Origin: Octopus sinensis
Lineage: Eukaryota
DNA length: 64,000 nucleotides
Direction: 5' to 3'
Assembly (NCBI RefSeq): GCF_006345805.1
Contig: NC_043006.1
Location: 26,660,001-26,724,000 of the forward strand
Part shown: piece after piece, positions 1-12,942 of the stretch
How the letters are laid out: each line of letters starts with the position of its first letter
Position numbering within the stretch: the stretch's first letter is position 1
Notes under the pieces: generated by a model
Told to the model about the DNA's origin: nothing
The model's input: only the letters and a program-made list of their open reading frames with translations
Databases searched by the model: none
Program-made: the position numbers and the translations under genes

Positions 1-128
1 CTTGGCATCTCAATTGTGAGTATTGATTAGCATATCTATCTCATTACTGAAACATTTAAAATTTAACTTAACATTGTCATTGTAATAGTTTGTCCTTTTT
101 TCTTGATAGTATCTTAATTTTCTTATAG

Positions 129-246
129 ATCACCAACAATGGCTGGTGGGCTGTTTGCAGTTAATCGTCAGTTTTTCTTTGATATTGGAACTTATGATCC
201 TGGTATGGAAATCTGGGGTGGAGAAAATTTGGAACTGTCATTCAGA
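129..246 (+). CDS. GALNT: Polypeptide GalNAc-transferase, internal exon (catalytic domain)
   Basis: tag|A TCA CCA... encodes [39 protein letters not shown]|gtaagt, with the WGGEN motif of ppGalNAc-Ts; phase 2 to 0. Confidence 0.97.
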
Positions 247-2689
247 GTAAGTAATATCTTTTCAATTTGAAAGTGTCCATTTTCTTTGTAAAGCAGTCCT
301 TGAATGGAGAAATTAATGCAATTAATGTTCAACTTAAACTTCTGTAAAGAAAACATGGGAAGGAAAGGAGTCAGTGAAATACAATTCAATGGAAAGTTTA
401 GTATGTAGTATGGGGGATGAAAAACACAAGGCATAATAAGACACGGAGAGACAGGTAACTTGGCAAATCATGGGTGAGGATAATATAAAGATTGTGAGTT
501 AAGAGAGTTAAAGTATGCTTGGGGCTATAGTGTGTTAATGAGTGAAAATGTCTTTTTGCTGGATAACTTCCTTTGGCGATGGTTGTAATAGAAAAATGCT
601 TGTATGTTAGACAATTGCATTTTTCAAGATACTTTCATTTTGAAAAAAAAAAAAATGAAACCTTTTTAATTATGATTTGTAAATAATAACATTATTAATT
701 ACTGATATTGAATAGGCAGTTGTGACTTCCTAGCATTTATAGCAGTGAGTGACAAGTATAATTCAGTGCAGAATAAATATAAAAACAAAGAAGAACTTTG
801 TTTAAAGTGTACTGGGTGGTTTTATTTTTTTATTTCATTGATGTATACCAGTCAGAGATATATATGTATGTATACACACATGGGAGCAATATTCTAATGT
901 AGGGCCTTGTATAATGTCAGCAGTTGTCCTGATGTGAGGTATTTTTTAGCTTTGAAGTGATGAATTTTCCTTTAGGATATGGATAATGCCAGTATTCAAG
1001 ATATCAAATAGTTTCTAGTTTGATATTTGAGGTAACTAAATATAAAACTAGTTAATCTATTACAAATAAGAGAAAATGGTATTTAGAAAGTACGTTAGTT
1101 GCCACATTAGAACACTAGTTTTTGTCACTAATATTTAAGTGTCAATACATTTTTAATTCTCTTTAATTTGGCATTTATACGAATTAAATTTTAATCACTT
1201 ACTGATTAAATTCATTTCTCTTATAGTATCTGAGCTGCAGTTATCCCTTTTTACTTGTAGATTTTTTGGCTGAAGATTATCTTTTTAGTTTGCACTGTAT
1301 CATGGGATAACTGTTTTGAATGAAATTAAAAGCATTTTGTACGGAACACCATAGAAACACAATTCTACCAAAGCTAACACTAATCTAGACAAATCATTCT
1401 ATACTTTCTGAAAAACATTTCTACACTTTCTGAACGTTATTATCTTTAGATTTAATTTGTTTTTAGTGACCAAATAAACTATGATTGAGCAGCAAATATG
1501 TTTTTACATTTTCTAAACCTTAGTGTGTTTGTCATTAATGCAAACAAATGTGAGAGCCTGTAAAAACTATAAAACTTAGGTATGAAACTTATATTGCTTT
1601 TGTTGATATCTTAATGTAATTACTACTCTATCATAAGCTCTCTGACAAATTTCAGAATTTTATCTTTCACATCATCATTTTTATACACTTACAAAGTAAG
1701 TCTATCATTAAAAAATTTTTTTTTAGATTTTGCTAGGTTTTCTTTGTTCTACTTTTCAATGTACTGTAGGTTTTAAAGTGAGATGTTTCCTTTTCTATTC
1801 TGACATTAAACATAGCTACTTTTGACTGATTCAGTCAAATCATTTTAACAGAGGCAAAATCTAACTATTTTACAATGTATAATTTTATCAAATCAACTTA
1901 GACTTTACTCCTCTTCAGTGATAAATAAACAAAAAATGAGCAGTAGATAAGTGTTTATATTTTTAAACACAATATTTTAAAGAGCTTTCATGAAAGCCTA
2001 TGAAAATTTAGTTCTAAGTGGGAATCAAATGCACCTCTACTTTTAACATTTTGACATAATTACTGTAATACTATAAGCGCTTTGGCAATATCAGTTGTCA
2101 TATGCAGACTTTTAAACATCTAGCCAGCAAACGTGTAATCATTTTGAATCTTGGGCATGCATATTTACAAATACCAGATATTTGCTTTGATTGTGCTATA
2201 ACGTACATTACATGGAAAAATGCAAGCATGAAAAGTAATATTTTTAAGATTATAAACCTGGAAAAGTACAGGACAAGTTATTACACTTGGAAAAGTATAG
2301 GACAAGCTATAACTTCTAGTAAATTAAAGAATGAGAAACTTTTTACTTAAAATATTGTAGCAAAGAATAAAATTTTTAAATATTATAAACTAAAAATTAT
2401 ACAAATTATAATTAATTGTAAGCAAAAAATACAAAATTTTTTAAATAATCTTTGTACATCATACCATAATTATAGAATAATTAAGTACTTCATAAAATAA
2501 TTAAGGTTAAATTTTTTTTTAATTTTATAATATACTATTAAAATATAGTAAATAATTAATTATTAAATAAATAGAATTTTATTCAAGCTATTACTTCTAT
2601 TTTTTCAAGCTATTACTAAAGAATTTGATTACTATTTATAAGTACAATTCCAATTTACATATATTAAAATTTAACTATATTATGTAATA

Positions 2690-3075
2690 TACTGTTGTGT
2701 CGGGGAGAATCATTCTCTTTTAGTGCCTTATAATTTAACACACTCACTGGTAAAATTTCCACTTATTTCTTTCTTTATTTTTCTAAAATTTTTGTTGCGT
2801 CTTGCAACCTTTTCAATAGTCAAAACTATTGAAAAGGTTGCAAGACGCAACTAAAATTTCGAACCTGGGTTCTCATTCCTAAGGTATTATCATTATAATA
2901 ACATTGAAAAATACCTTAGGAATGAGAACCCCAGGTTTGAAATTTCCCCAAGACACCTGATGAAGGCTGGAGGGTATATCAGCCGAAACGTTGTGTTAAC
3001 AACAAGCAAGATGAGGACAAATATCCATCAAATGTAAATAATGTACATAATTCCTCATCTCTTAAATATTGAACT
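2690..3075 (+). mobile_element. Penelope-like pseudo-LTR fragment with two hairpins
   Basis: 27-bp perfect stem 2794-2820/2825-2851; ~35-bp stem 2854-2888/2910-2945; followed by a hammerhead motif. Confidence 0.6.
2952..2997 (+). ncRNA. Minimal type I hammerhead ribozyme
   Basis: GACAC-CUGAUGA-A-GGCUG(10-nt loop)CAGCC-GAAA-CG-UU^GUGUU; all core nucleotides present, stems I and II pair. Confidence 0.8.
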
Positions 3076-3756
3076 GTATTAAGTAATAGCTTGTCCTATA
3101 CTTTTACAGGTGTAATAATGTGTCCTGTACTTTTCCAGGTTTATAATCTTAAGAATATGACTTTTCATGCTCGCATTTTTCCATGTAATCCATGATTTTT
3201 CCAGGCATTGCTGTTATATGGTAATTAATAATGTGTCAATTAATAATTTAAGATTTTACCTTATAAAATACTGAAAGATAATATTTCAATTTTTCCATGT
3301 GAGTGATGATAGTATTTCAATTTTTTTCATATTTAATTTAAATATATGTTGTGATTGAATTATTTGATATTATCCATCCACACCAAATTAATGGCAGGGA
3401 TTTTTACCATATTGTTGGTTGCACCAAAAGTTACAAACAACAAGACCCCAAATCATCAGTTACCAGGCTCACCTTAAGTAACCTAGATTTTGAGTTGGTG
3501 ACTGCTGCTAATCTAGATCTATCAATAATTATTCAATACAACAGTAATTATAAAAGCATATCAGATATATACAAGTTAAAATTACCTACATCTCATTAAT
3601 ATAAATTTGATTTATGAAAAATCCCTTTTAATTAATTTTGAAATTTAAAAAGTAAATTTAGAATATAAGCACCTTTAACCAATGTCTTTTCTGGACAGCC
3701 TTACTTCATGCCTTCAGGTCTGCCCATAGAGACAGCCAAAAATGACTATATTCCTG

Positions 3757-3983
3757 CCCCAATAAATTTGCCGATGCCAGACCTCCCTGGCACCTGTGCA
3801 GGTGACACGTAAAAAGCACCCACTACACTCGCGGAGTGGTTGGCGTTAGGAAGGGCATCCAGCCGTAGAAACACTGCCAGATCAGACTGGAGCCTGGTGC
3901 AGCCCCTGGCTTCCCAGACCCCGGTCAAACCGTCCAACCCGTGCTAGTGCGGAAAACGGACGTTAAACGATGATGATGATGAT
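3757..3983 (+). mobile_element. RTE 3-prime tail or RTE-related SINE
   Basis: Matches the 3-prime UTR of RTE copies at 11.4 and 35.5 kb (aagggcatccagc...gttaaacgatgatgat); similar copies at ~10960-11135, 19320-19500, 39385-39535 and 49520-49600. Confidence 0.75.
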
Positions 3984-4183
3984 ATCTGAAGCATATAACA
4001 CATTAATGAACTAGCCTGATTATGTAACTAAAAAGAAAGGGATAGCAACTAAAAAGGAAAAGCAGAAAGCAAGTTGATTAAAGCTGAAAGAGAAAATTAA
4101 TAATAAAAGTTAAACTTACCCTAATTCAACAGCATATTAAAAATAACTTTATTAAATATTCAATTAAAAAAATAAAATATACA

Positions 4184-4468
4184 AAAGGATGAAAGCAAAG
4201 TCGACCTCAGTAGAATTTGAACTCAAAACATAAAGACAAACGAAATACCTATTTCTTTACTACCCACAAGGGGACAAACAAGGACAGACAAATGGATTAA
4301 GTCGATAACATCAACCCCAGTGCATAACTGGTACTTACTTAATCGACCCCAAAAAGATGAAAGGCAAAGTCGACCTTGGCGGAATTTGAACTCAAAACAT
4401 AAAGACAGACGAAATACAGCTTAGCATTTCACCCAGTGTGCTAACGTTTCTGCCCGCTCACCGCCTTA
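4184..4468 (-). mobile_element. SINE family B copy plus a partial duplicate
   Basis: Reverse complement of the 21212 SINE at 4247-4468; 4184-4246 repeats an internal segment. Confidence 0.8.
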
Positions 4469-5529
4469 GAATGTAAACATTCATTTTAGAAATATATTCT
4501 TAAAATTAATTAAAATGAATTAAGAAAGTAATTCTAATATTAAAGAATAATTTCAAAATAAAAATAGCTTTTTAGAATTTGTTTATGAATGTACTATAGC
4601 AACAAGCCTAGTAAGAAGAGAGAGAGAGAATGAGAAGTGAAGAATAAGAGCAATTATAACAAACAACGGATTAAATACAACTATTTCTTTGCTTGGGGTG
4701 CTACTCTCTTACTTATTTTACATTTCATGACATTTTACCTCATAATTTTTTTCTGCTAAATTTTGTTGAATGTGATTAACAATTCTGAATTCCTCATGCA
4801 TTTTTCTATCATTTCTATCATTTATGTTAATTGGAAATGAACACCTGCCTTACTGTCCACCTTCAGGTCTCACATATTTTGATGTGACTTTTTTTCCTAC
4901 TGAACCAAATCTCAAACTATTTATGTCAAAGTGTAGCTGAGGAAGTGTCCTCTTTAAAACTGTTAACAGTTTGCAATTTAGTTGAGAACTGAATTAGTGG
5001 TAAAGCTTGGAATCTGCTGCAATTGATAAAACGGTGGACTTAAGGATATATTCAACCACTACTGTGGTTGAATGATAAAGGATGGGAGCATAGGAAGAAA
5101 AACTAGAATTAAAGGGATCTAGTTAACTGTGATATGGAGGAGGCAATAGAGGAAAGTAACATATCAATTGGTTAGCTATTGTAGTGTTGGGAAATAAATC
5201 CTTGCCTTTTGGGTTGCACTCTACAATAGGTAACTTTTATCCAGTCACCCTTCCTGATTTCCTTTCCCCACACTATCTTCTATTTACCTTTTTGTACATT
5301 GAGAATAAACTCTGGCACATCAACAATGTTATCTTTATCTCTCTTTCCAGCTCTACCATATCTATTCCCACCCTATATTAACATATGGTAGCCATGAATC
5401 TCTTCTCTAACTACAAACTTGTTTCTGTCCCTCCTCTCATATTTTATCCTCTCAACACCTTGCATAAAGTTAAAGCTAAAACAAAACAACTGACACAAAC
5501 GATACATACACAATATACACATAATTAAC

Positions 5530-6050
5530 TTGCTGCCTGAATGCTGGTTGCTTCACACATCATACAGAGTTGAACCTGATACTCAAGAGGAGCTTGGCCT
5601 GGGCAAACATCCCCTCCATCTTGGAACCATCTGGATCGTCCAGATGTGATGGGAACAGATCTGACAGCCTCACCCTGTGTCCCTGGTCACAAGCCTTGTT
5701 CAGGATATCACAGTTAGTGACTCCTTTGCTTCTTCTCACATCCTGGATCCTGTGGTCAGGGCGAGATTCGCAGCTTCTGCAGCCGAGCGGAACAAAATCC
5801 TGAAATACTGCGATCTGTCAGCCAACTACATTTTCCATTCTGTGGCATTCAAGATGTTTGGTGGGGTTGGACCACTAACTGTGAGATTCCTGTCTTCACT
5901 GGCAACTCACCTTGCAGAGGTAACTGGTGAGGCTCATGAGGGTGCTTGGCTGTTCCAGTGCTTTAACCTCACCATCACCCAACACTGCAAGCATGCTGGT
6001 GTGTCTCAATAGCCATTAGAGAGGTTTCTCAGTGCCGCCATGTTTTCAAC
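5530..6050 (+). mobile_element. CRE-like non-LTR retrotransposon 3-prime end (restriction-like endonuclease)
   Basis: Frameshifted HxELNLILKRSLAWANIPSILEPSG..R.DG.R.D.LTL.PW / ..DITVSD...AASAAERNK..KY.DL...Y.F..A...FGG.G; R.DG.RPD..WD pattern of RLE domains. Confidence 0.7.
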
Positions 6051-6447
6051 CCAAGGTGGTGAATTGTTTTGATTTTTTTTTCTTCCTTCTCTGTTTTTTC
6101 TTTTTAATTTTTTCCAGTTGTGTTCTCTGTTTTGCCCAGCTTTCTAGTTTGATTCTGTAAAATAGTAAACACTGTGAAGGCACTAATTTATTTAAAAAAA
6201 AAAAAAAGATTAAAAATAAATATACACACATACACATTCACAAGTAATACACTCAAAACACATAAATCTAACATTTTCTAATTAGTTGGCTTCCAAATTT
6301 GGGGAGAAATTATTTTATCAGTTTTCCATAAGTAAAAATTAACAGTATAAGCTTACTTTGATTGGAACCATTTTCATTTAACCAGCAAGTTTTAAAATAA
6401 TTATATTAATTAAAACCTGAAATATAATTCCCTTGCTTATTTTTTAG

Positions 6448-6535
6448 GTCTGGATGTGTGGAGGTAGTCTTGAATTTGTTCCATGTTCCAGGGTTGGTCA
6501 CATATTCAGAGCAGCACATCCATATGGATTCCCAA
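6448..6535 (+). CDS. GALNT: ppGalNAc-T exon
   Basis: tttttag|[29 protein letters not shown]+A|gtaagt; phase 0 to 1. Confidence 0.97.
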
Positions 6536-6829
6536 GTAAGTAGCCATATACATCTACCCACAAAACTATTTCTTTTCATTATTGTTTGCTTTATATCAAT
6601 TTTTGAATGTCTGTTCTTTCATTTTCTAGGTTAAGAATATCATTGAGTTTGGCAGAAACTTATTTTCATCTAGTTTTGTCATTCAATTTTTTACTTTGAA
6701 CCACATGGGATATGGATACTAGTCATATGCTAGTATCAATTTAAATTAATAGATCTCTATTTTTTATGATTGCATTAGTCTTATATCAACTTAATATCAA
6801 TACTGCATTAGCTATATATATATATATAT

Positions 6830-7658
6830 TAAATGCAAATACTGAGATATTTTCGAATACCTCGTCTTCGACATTATACTTGAGATATGCGGATCACAAT
6901 ACCTTACATCAGGACTCCAATAGTTCTACAGTCAAGGAAGCTGTTTAACACCAAATATAATATTAATTGTGAAAAACGCTCTCATTTCCGCAGTATTAGT
7001 TGGCTGCCATAGTGGATCGTTTCTTCTGTGAACAGAAATTATATGTTGCGCATATTTGTTTGTTTCCTCCATAACATTCTCAAAAAAACTTTTCAGTAAA
7101 AATAAAATTAGATAGTCCAATGGTTGAGCATCAGGAGATAAACTGTATTGTAGACCAGTGTTTTCTGTGAAATTAGGAATAGTGATTGGTGTTGTAATCT
7201 TTGACCGTGTTGCCATGTTTACGATATCATTTTCATCACTTTTATTTTTATCATTTTCCTTCTCAAAGTCTTCCTTGTTTGACAAATATTCACTAATATC
7301 GATATCAGATTCATCTGAAGACAAAATACTCTTGTTTTCATTTATATTTTCTATATCATCAAGAGTGAAGCCTTCAGAGCCAGAATCGCTTCTTGCTGAT
7401 GCCATTTCATTAAAAACTAAGGTGCAGACTTCTCTTCAAACATTGAAAAAAACCATGTGGTCTAAACAATTTCACAGTATTTATACTTGAGTAAAGGCAG
7501 GAAAGGCTTCATCTCGCATTATCTCAAAGTTACGAGAATTCAATAACATGATTTGTTTATTTTTTTAGCAATTTCATAGAGCAGTCAGATACGGCTGGAT
7601 TTGGCCGGTTTGAACAAATAAAGGGGAATTGATTTTGGTCAGTTTAAACACTAAAGGG
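6830..7658 (-). mobile_element. piggyBac transposon, 5-prime half
   Basis: Minus strand starts TTAA|CCCTTTAG (TTAA at 7659-7662); ORF 6932-7405 has an acidic N-terminus then PLDYLILFL..ETNKYA..W.PT..EMRAF; continues past stops as NYWS..IMSKTRY. Confidence 0.85.
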
Positions 7659-8720
7659 TTAATACTGTTGAAACATTCCATCAGAGGCTTTCAATTCCAT
7701 CTGAACTTTGTGTAGGAAAGATCTTACAATATTTAGAAAGTTGATGGTTTCTAAACCACTGTGTTCTGTACAAATGTCAGCAATTGCTGTATGTCTTTTC
7801 ATTTTTTGTAGTAACATTTTATCTGCCATGGGAATCTAAAAGAAACCTTTTAATTGGTTTAAAGAGAGTAATAGACTGATAGTTAAGTATCCTCAAATGC
7901 CTCTCTCATCTTCAGTATGTGTGGTGTGGTGTGTGTGTGTGTGTGCGTGTGTGTGAAAGAAGAGCTTTGAAGTTTGCTTGAAACACTGTGTACAGAAGTA
8001 AAATAAAGGATGAAGACAGAGAGCTTCTTACAGTGAAGAAAGGGGAGATTAAGTAACCTTTATATTCCATGCACAAGAGCCCATCATTAGATGTGAACAG
8101 CTTATAAATTCACATTGATCCTGCCATGTTGATTGGTGTAGTGGCAGCAGCAGTTCCCCAAAAACGGTATTGTTAGTGGTTGTAGAGGTCATAGTGGGAT
8201 TGGTGGTGGATGGCTAGATGTAGGTTGGCAGTTGTAGTAGTGAAGGTAACTATCTACATTGATATTTGTTGTTGTGGTGATGGTGGTGCTAGTAGATGTA
8301 GTAATAATTGGTGCTGGCAGGCAACAGCAATAATCATCCTCCATTTGTTAATGTCATTAATGATATTAACAGATCATTTTTAAATAACTTATTTTGAAAG
8401 AGAATGGAAAATGCTTGAAGACTTCAGTGATCATTAGTTATAGTTGTGTATATTGTAATTACCTAGGTGAGTTGTAAAATAACAAAGGTAAATGTGAAGA
8501 GGGCAGTGCTAGAACTGAACCTCGGCACAGCTCTAATTTTGTTCTGTTAACCATGGCCATTTGACTAAACCTTTTTAAATATGATTTAAGTATATGTAGA
8601 TAGCTAAAAAGTAGAATAATTTCATTTTAGTCTTTGATATTTTTATAAATTTATTCTGACTATCCTTTTAAGTATGAAGCATTCTGAAATGATTATATTA
8701 AGAATTTTAATTTCTTACAG

Positions 8721-8818
8721 GTAAAAAGGATTATCATGGTATTAACTCAATGCGTTTAGCTGAAGTGTGGATGGATGAATACCGACGATTATTCTACATG
8801 CATAGGCATGATCTTCTA
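8721..8818 (+). CDS. GALNT: ppGalNAc-T exon
   Basis: ttacag|(S)KKDYHGINSMRLAEVWMDEYRRLFYMHRHDLL|gtaaga; LAEVWMDEY motif; phase 1 to 0. Confidence 0.97.
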
Positions 8819-8850
8819 GTAAGAATATGTTGATTACTTCACTTAATATA

Positions 8851-10411
8851 TCAGGCTGGTGCAAAAATAATGTCTGATTTAAAGATCTAAGGTGAAAATG
8901 AATAAGTCAGTGACTATACTCTTTACTCTTTTACTTGTTTCAGTCATTTGACTGCGGCCATGCTGGAGCACCACCTTTAATCGAGCAACTCGACCCCGGG
9001 ACTTATTCTTTGTAAGCCCAGTACTTATTCTATCGGTCTCTTTTGCCGAACCGCTAAGTGACGGGGACATAAACACACCAGCATTGGTTGTCAAGCAATG
9101 CTAGGGGGACAAACACAAACATACATGCACACATATATATACATATATACGACGGGCTTCCTTCAGTTTCCGTCTACCAAATCCACTCACAAGGCTTTGG
9201 TCAACCCGAGGCTACAGTTGAAGACACTTGCCCAAATATTTATTCATTAACATACTCTCCATTGCTTTCAATGACCTCATTCCATCTTTTAACAACCTTG
9301 CTTGTGAAATTCTGTAGGTTTAGAACTGAAATATGAATCCAACTCATTTTCAATCTCTTTTCTTGTTGTTAACCTAAGTCCATCAAAATAGTTCTGTAGT
9401 CCTCGAAACAAATGGTAATCAGAAGGAGAAAAGTCAGGAGAACATGGAGGATGAGGCAGTATTTCCCAACCAAGTTCTTCTAAGAGAGTTTTGGTCAGTT
9501 GAGCTGTGTGAGGATGAGCATTATCCTTTCTGTTAACCAAAGATGCTTGCTTTTGGCTCAGAACTGTTTTCAGACTATGAAGTTGCTCACAGTAAAGATT
9601 AGCATTAATTGTTTGGTTGTGGTCTAACAGTTCATAATGGATTACTCCTTTAATATCCCACCATACACTCAGCATGATCTTCTTTGGATGAAGTCCTGCT
9701 CTTGGTTGTTGAACCGGCTGTTTTCTTTGACTGATCCAAGAAAGGCGGCATTTAACATTATGGTAAAGAATCTACTTTTCATTACCTGTAACAAGCCTGT
9801 CTAAAAATGCTGCTTGAAAGTGTCGCGAAAGCAATGATTGACAACAGGCAGCATGCTGTTATCGATTCTCTGGAGACAGCTCATGAGGGACACATTTTCC
9901 AACCACTGAAACCTTTCCAATGTGTTTTAGCTGGTGTACCATGGTTGTATGGTCCACGTTTAACTGTTCTGCTAGTTCCTTAGTGGTAACTGTAGGGTTC
10001 TCTGAAACAAGAGCTTCCAGCATTTTGGAATAGAGTTTTTTTGGATGACCCGCTTTTGGCTCTTCTTTCAAAGAGAAATCACCATTTCAGAAACGGGAAA
10101 ACCATCTCTTGCAACTTCTTTCATTCATTACATCATCCCCATAAGTGCTCTGAATAGATCTTGCTGCCGCACTTGCATTAATACCTTTATAAAACTCATA
10201 GAGTAAAACATTTTTTATGTGATCTTTAGATGGGAAAAACATGGTGGTAAAATTTTCTGAGAATTATGGCCAGAAGTTAAATAATCTGAAAGAAAATAGT
10301 ACAAATTAGATACAGAGATATCTTAAAACTATAAGAAGAGGTTGAAAAATTGATAAATTTGCTCTGAAACATTTTTCCTAGAAATTGGACATTACTTTTG
10401 CATCAACCTGA
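8851..10411 (-). mobile_element. Degenerate mariner (DD34D) transposon
   Basis: TA|tcaggctggtgcaaaaataatg ... cattacttttgcatcaacctga|TA; HTH fragment 9859-10071 and catalytic fragment 9289-9675 (DNA.PH, HPPCSPDFSPSDYHLF). Confidence 0.92.
8912..9235 (-). mobile_element. SINE family A (5-prime truncated) nested in the mariner
   Basis: Reverse complement of the 30405 SINE body and tail. Confidence 0.85.
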
Positions 10412-11434
10412 TAAATCAGTTATAAGCTGCATGTCATAAATTTATCATTAGATTTACAAAATTTTGGTATATTATTTTCATATTCAACAGATATCTTAAT
10501 TACTGTTGTATTTTTTTACTAAATAATTAATTAATTAAAATTGAAAGTGATGTAATTTTAGGTTACAAAGTGGAAAATGATTAAACCTCTGATCATTATT
10601 AATTAAACACCAAACTAATGGATTTTAAAGCAATTTATTAATATGTAAAATTTTTCCAGTCATAAAATGAATAACCAAGCTCTGATAAAGCAACAAATAA
10701 TGCTAAATCTATCAAAGCCCTTCCCCTTTAATCACAGAGACAAAAATATCTAGTTTAATCACAGTGTCTACTTCTAACAAGAAAGGTTTAAAATGTGTTT
10801 TTCATTAAAACACACACTCTGTAAGTCTACCTTTCATCTCTGTTTATCCAAAGATATCTCTCCTTGCTGTGTAGTGCCTCTCTTAAATTACTACATATAT
10901 ATATTTGTATATGTGTGTATGTGTTGAGAAGAAAACCCATCAAGCCAAGTAATGACAGATACTGGTGTCATGCAAATGGCACCTATACCAGTGGCACATA
11001 AAAGCAACCATTACACTCTCGGAGAGGTTAGCATGAGGAAGGGCATCCAGCTGTAGAAACCATGCCAAATCAGACTGGAGTCTGGTGCAGCTGGCCAGCT
11101 TGGACAACAGATGTTAAATGATGATAATGATGATGTATGCATGTCTGTGTGTGTGTGTACTTGTTTTATATCTATTTTTTCTATGCTGGCATAGAGCTTA
11201 TTTTAGGCTATAATATAAGGCTGGATGCCCTCCCTATCACTAACCCTTAATTGTTTTTCAAGTGAGATATTTTTTTAATCCTGCTACTCTTCAAAAACAC
11301 AGAACTACTGGGTGAGTTGTTTAGAGAATAAATAGGACATCACTATTTTCTTCATAGTGTTGCATGAAGACATGGAATGTAAACATTCATGCATACACAT
11401 ACATGCTAAATGTTTAATCGTATTAAACACATTT

Positions 11435-12942
11435 ATCATCATCATCGTTTAACGTCTGCTTTCCATGTTAGCATGGGTTGGACGATTTGACTGAGGTCTG
11501 GCGAACCAGGTTGGCTGCATCAGACTCCAATCTGATCTCACAGAATTTCTACAGCTGGATGCCCTTCCTAATGCCAACCACTCCAAGAGTGTAGTGGGTG
11601 CTTTTATGTTCCACTGGCACGAGGGCCAGTCAGGCAGTACTGGCAATGGCCACGCTCGAATGGTGATTTTTATGTACCACCTGCACAGGAGCCAGTCCAG
11701 CAGCACTGGCAACGACCTCACTCGAATGTTTTTTTCACGTACCACCAGCACAAGTGCTAGTAAGGCGATGCAGGTAATGATCATGCTCGAATGGTGCTTT
11801 TAATGTGCCATCGGCATGGAGGCCAGCTTGTTGCTCTGGCAATGATCTCACTTGTATGGTACTCTAAGCGCTCCACTAGCACGGATGCCAGTCATCGAAT
11901 TTGATTTCGATTGAACTTGCCTCAACAGGTCTTTGCAAGCAGAGTTTAGTGTCCAGTGAAGGAAAGGCACACATAAGTGGACTGGTTACACCTCTGGCAT
12001 AGGCCACAAGGTTATGGTCTCACTTGTGCTTGTTGAGTCTTCTCAAGTACAGCATATTTCCAGAGGTCCCGGTCACTAGTCATTGCCTCGGCGAGGCCCA
12101 ATGTTTGAAGGTCATGCTTCACCACCTCATCCCAGGTTTTCCTGGGTCTACCTCTTCCACAGGTTCCCTCAACCGCTAGAGTGTGGCACTTTTTCACACA
12201 ACTATCTTCAGCCATTCTTGTCACATGACCATACCAGCGCAAACGTCTCTTTTGCACACCACAACTGATGCTTCTTAGGTCCAACTTTTCTCTCAAGGTA
12301 CTTACACTCTGTTGAGTATGAACACTGACATTACACATCCATCGGAGCATACTGGCTTCATTTCTTGTGAGCTTACGCATATCCTCAGCAGTCACAGCCC
12401 ATGTTTCACTACCATGTAGCATGGCTGTTCGTACATACAGTCTGCCTTTTACTCTGAGCAAGAGGCCTTTTGTCACCAGCAGGGGTAAGGGCTCTCTGAA
12501 CTTTGCCCAGGCTATTCTTACTCTAGCAGTTGCACTTTCAGCACACCCACCCCCACTACTGACTTGGTCACCTAGGTAACGGAAGCTATCAACTATTTCT
12601 AGTTTTTCTCCCTGGAATGTGGTGGAAGTTGGTCTCTGCACATTTTCAGTGTTTATTGTTCCTGAGCATCTGCCACATACAAAAACTATTTTCCTAGTTA
12701 GCTTTCCTTTGACATTGCTGCACCTCTTATGTGTCCATAGCCTTACACTTGGTGCACCTTATAGAGTTTCTACCTACTCCTTTTCTACAGATCGAGCAGG
12801 GCCATCTATCTGAAGGCATTTGTGATTTGTCTACCTTCCTACTTATTAGGACTTTGGTTTTAGATAGGTTGACTCTAAGGCCCTTCGATTCTAATCCTTG
12901 CTTCCACACCTGAAACTTCTCCTCCAGTTCTGATAGTGACTC
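11435..12942 (-). mobile_element. RTE-clade LINE, 5-prime truncated
   Basis: ORF 12012-12641 is an RT thumb/C-terminus (YLGD, AMLHGSETW, RLRWYGHV, GRGRPRKTW); 3-prime UTR ends in (GAT)n. Confidence 0.92.

Larger units (their letters stand above)
2207..3189. mobile_element. MITE/foldback with ~109-bp terminal inverted repeats
   Basis: 2207-2315 is the ~90% identical reverse complement of 3081-3189; each arm has a duplicated ggaaaagta(c/t)aggacaag motif. Confidence 0.7.
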
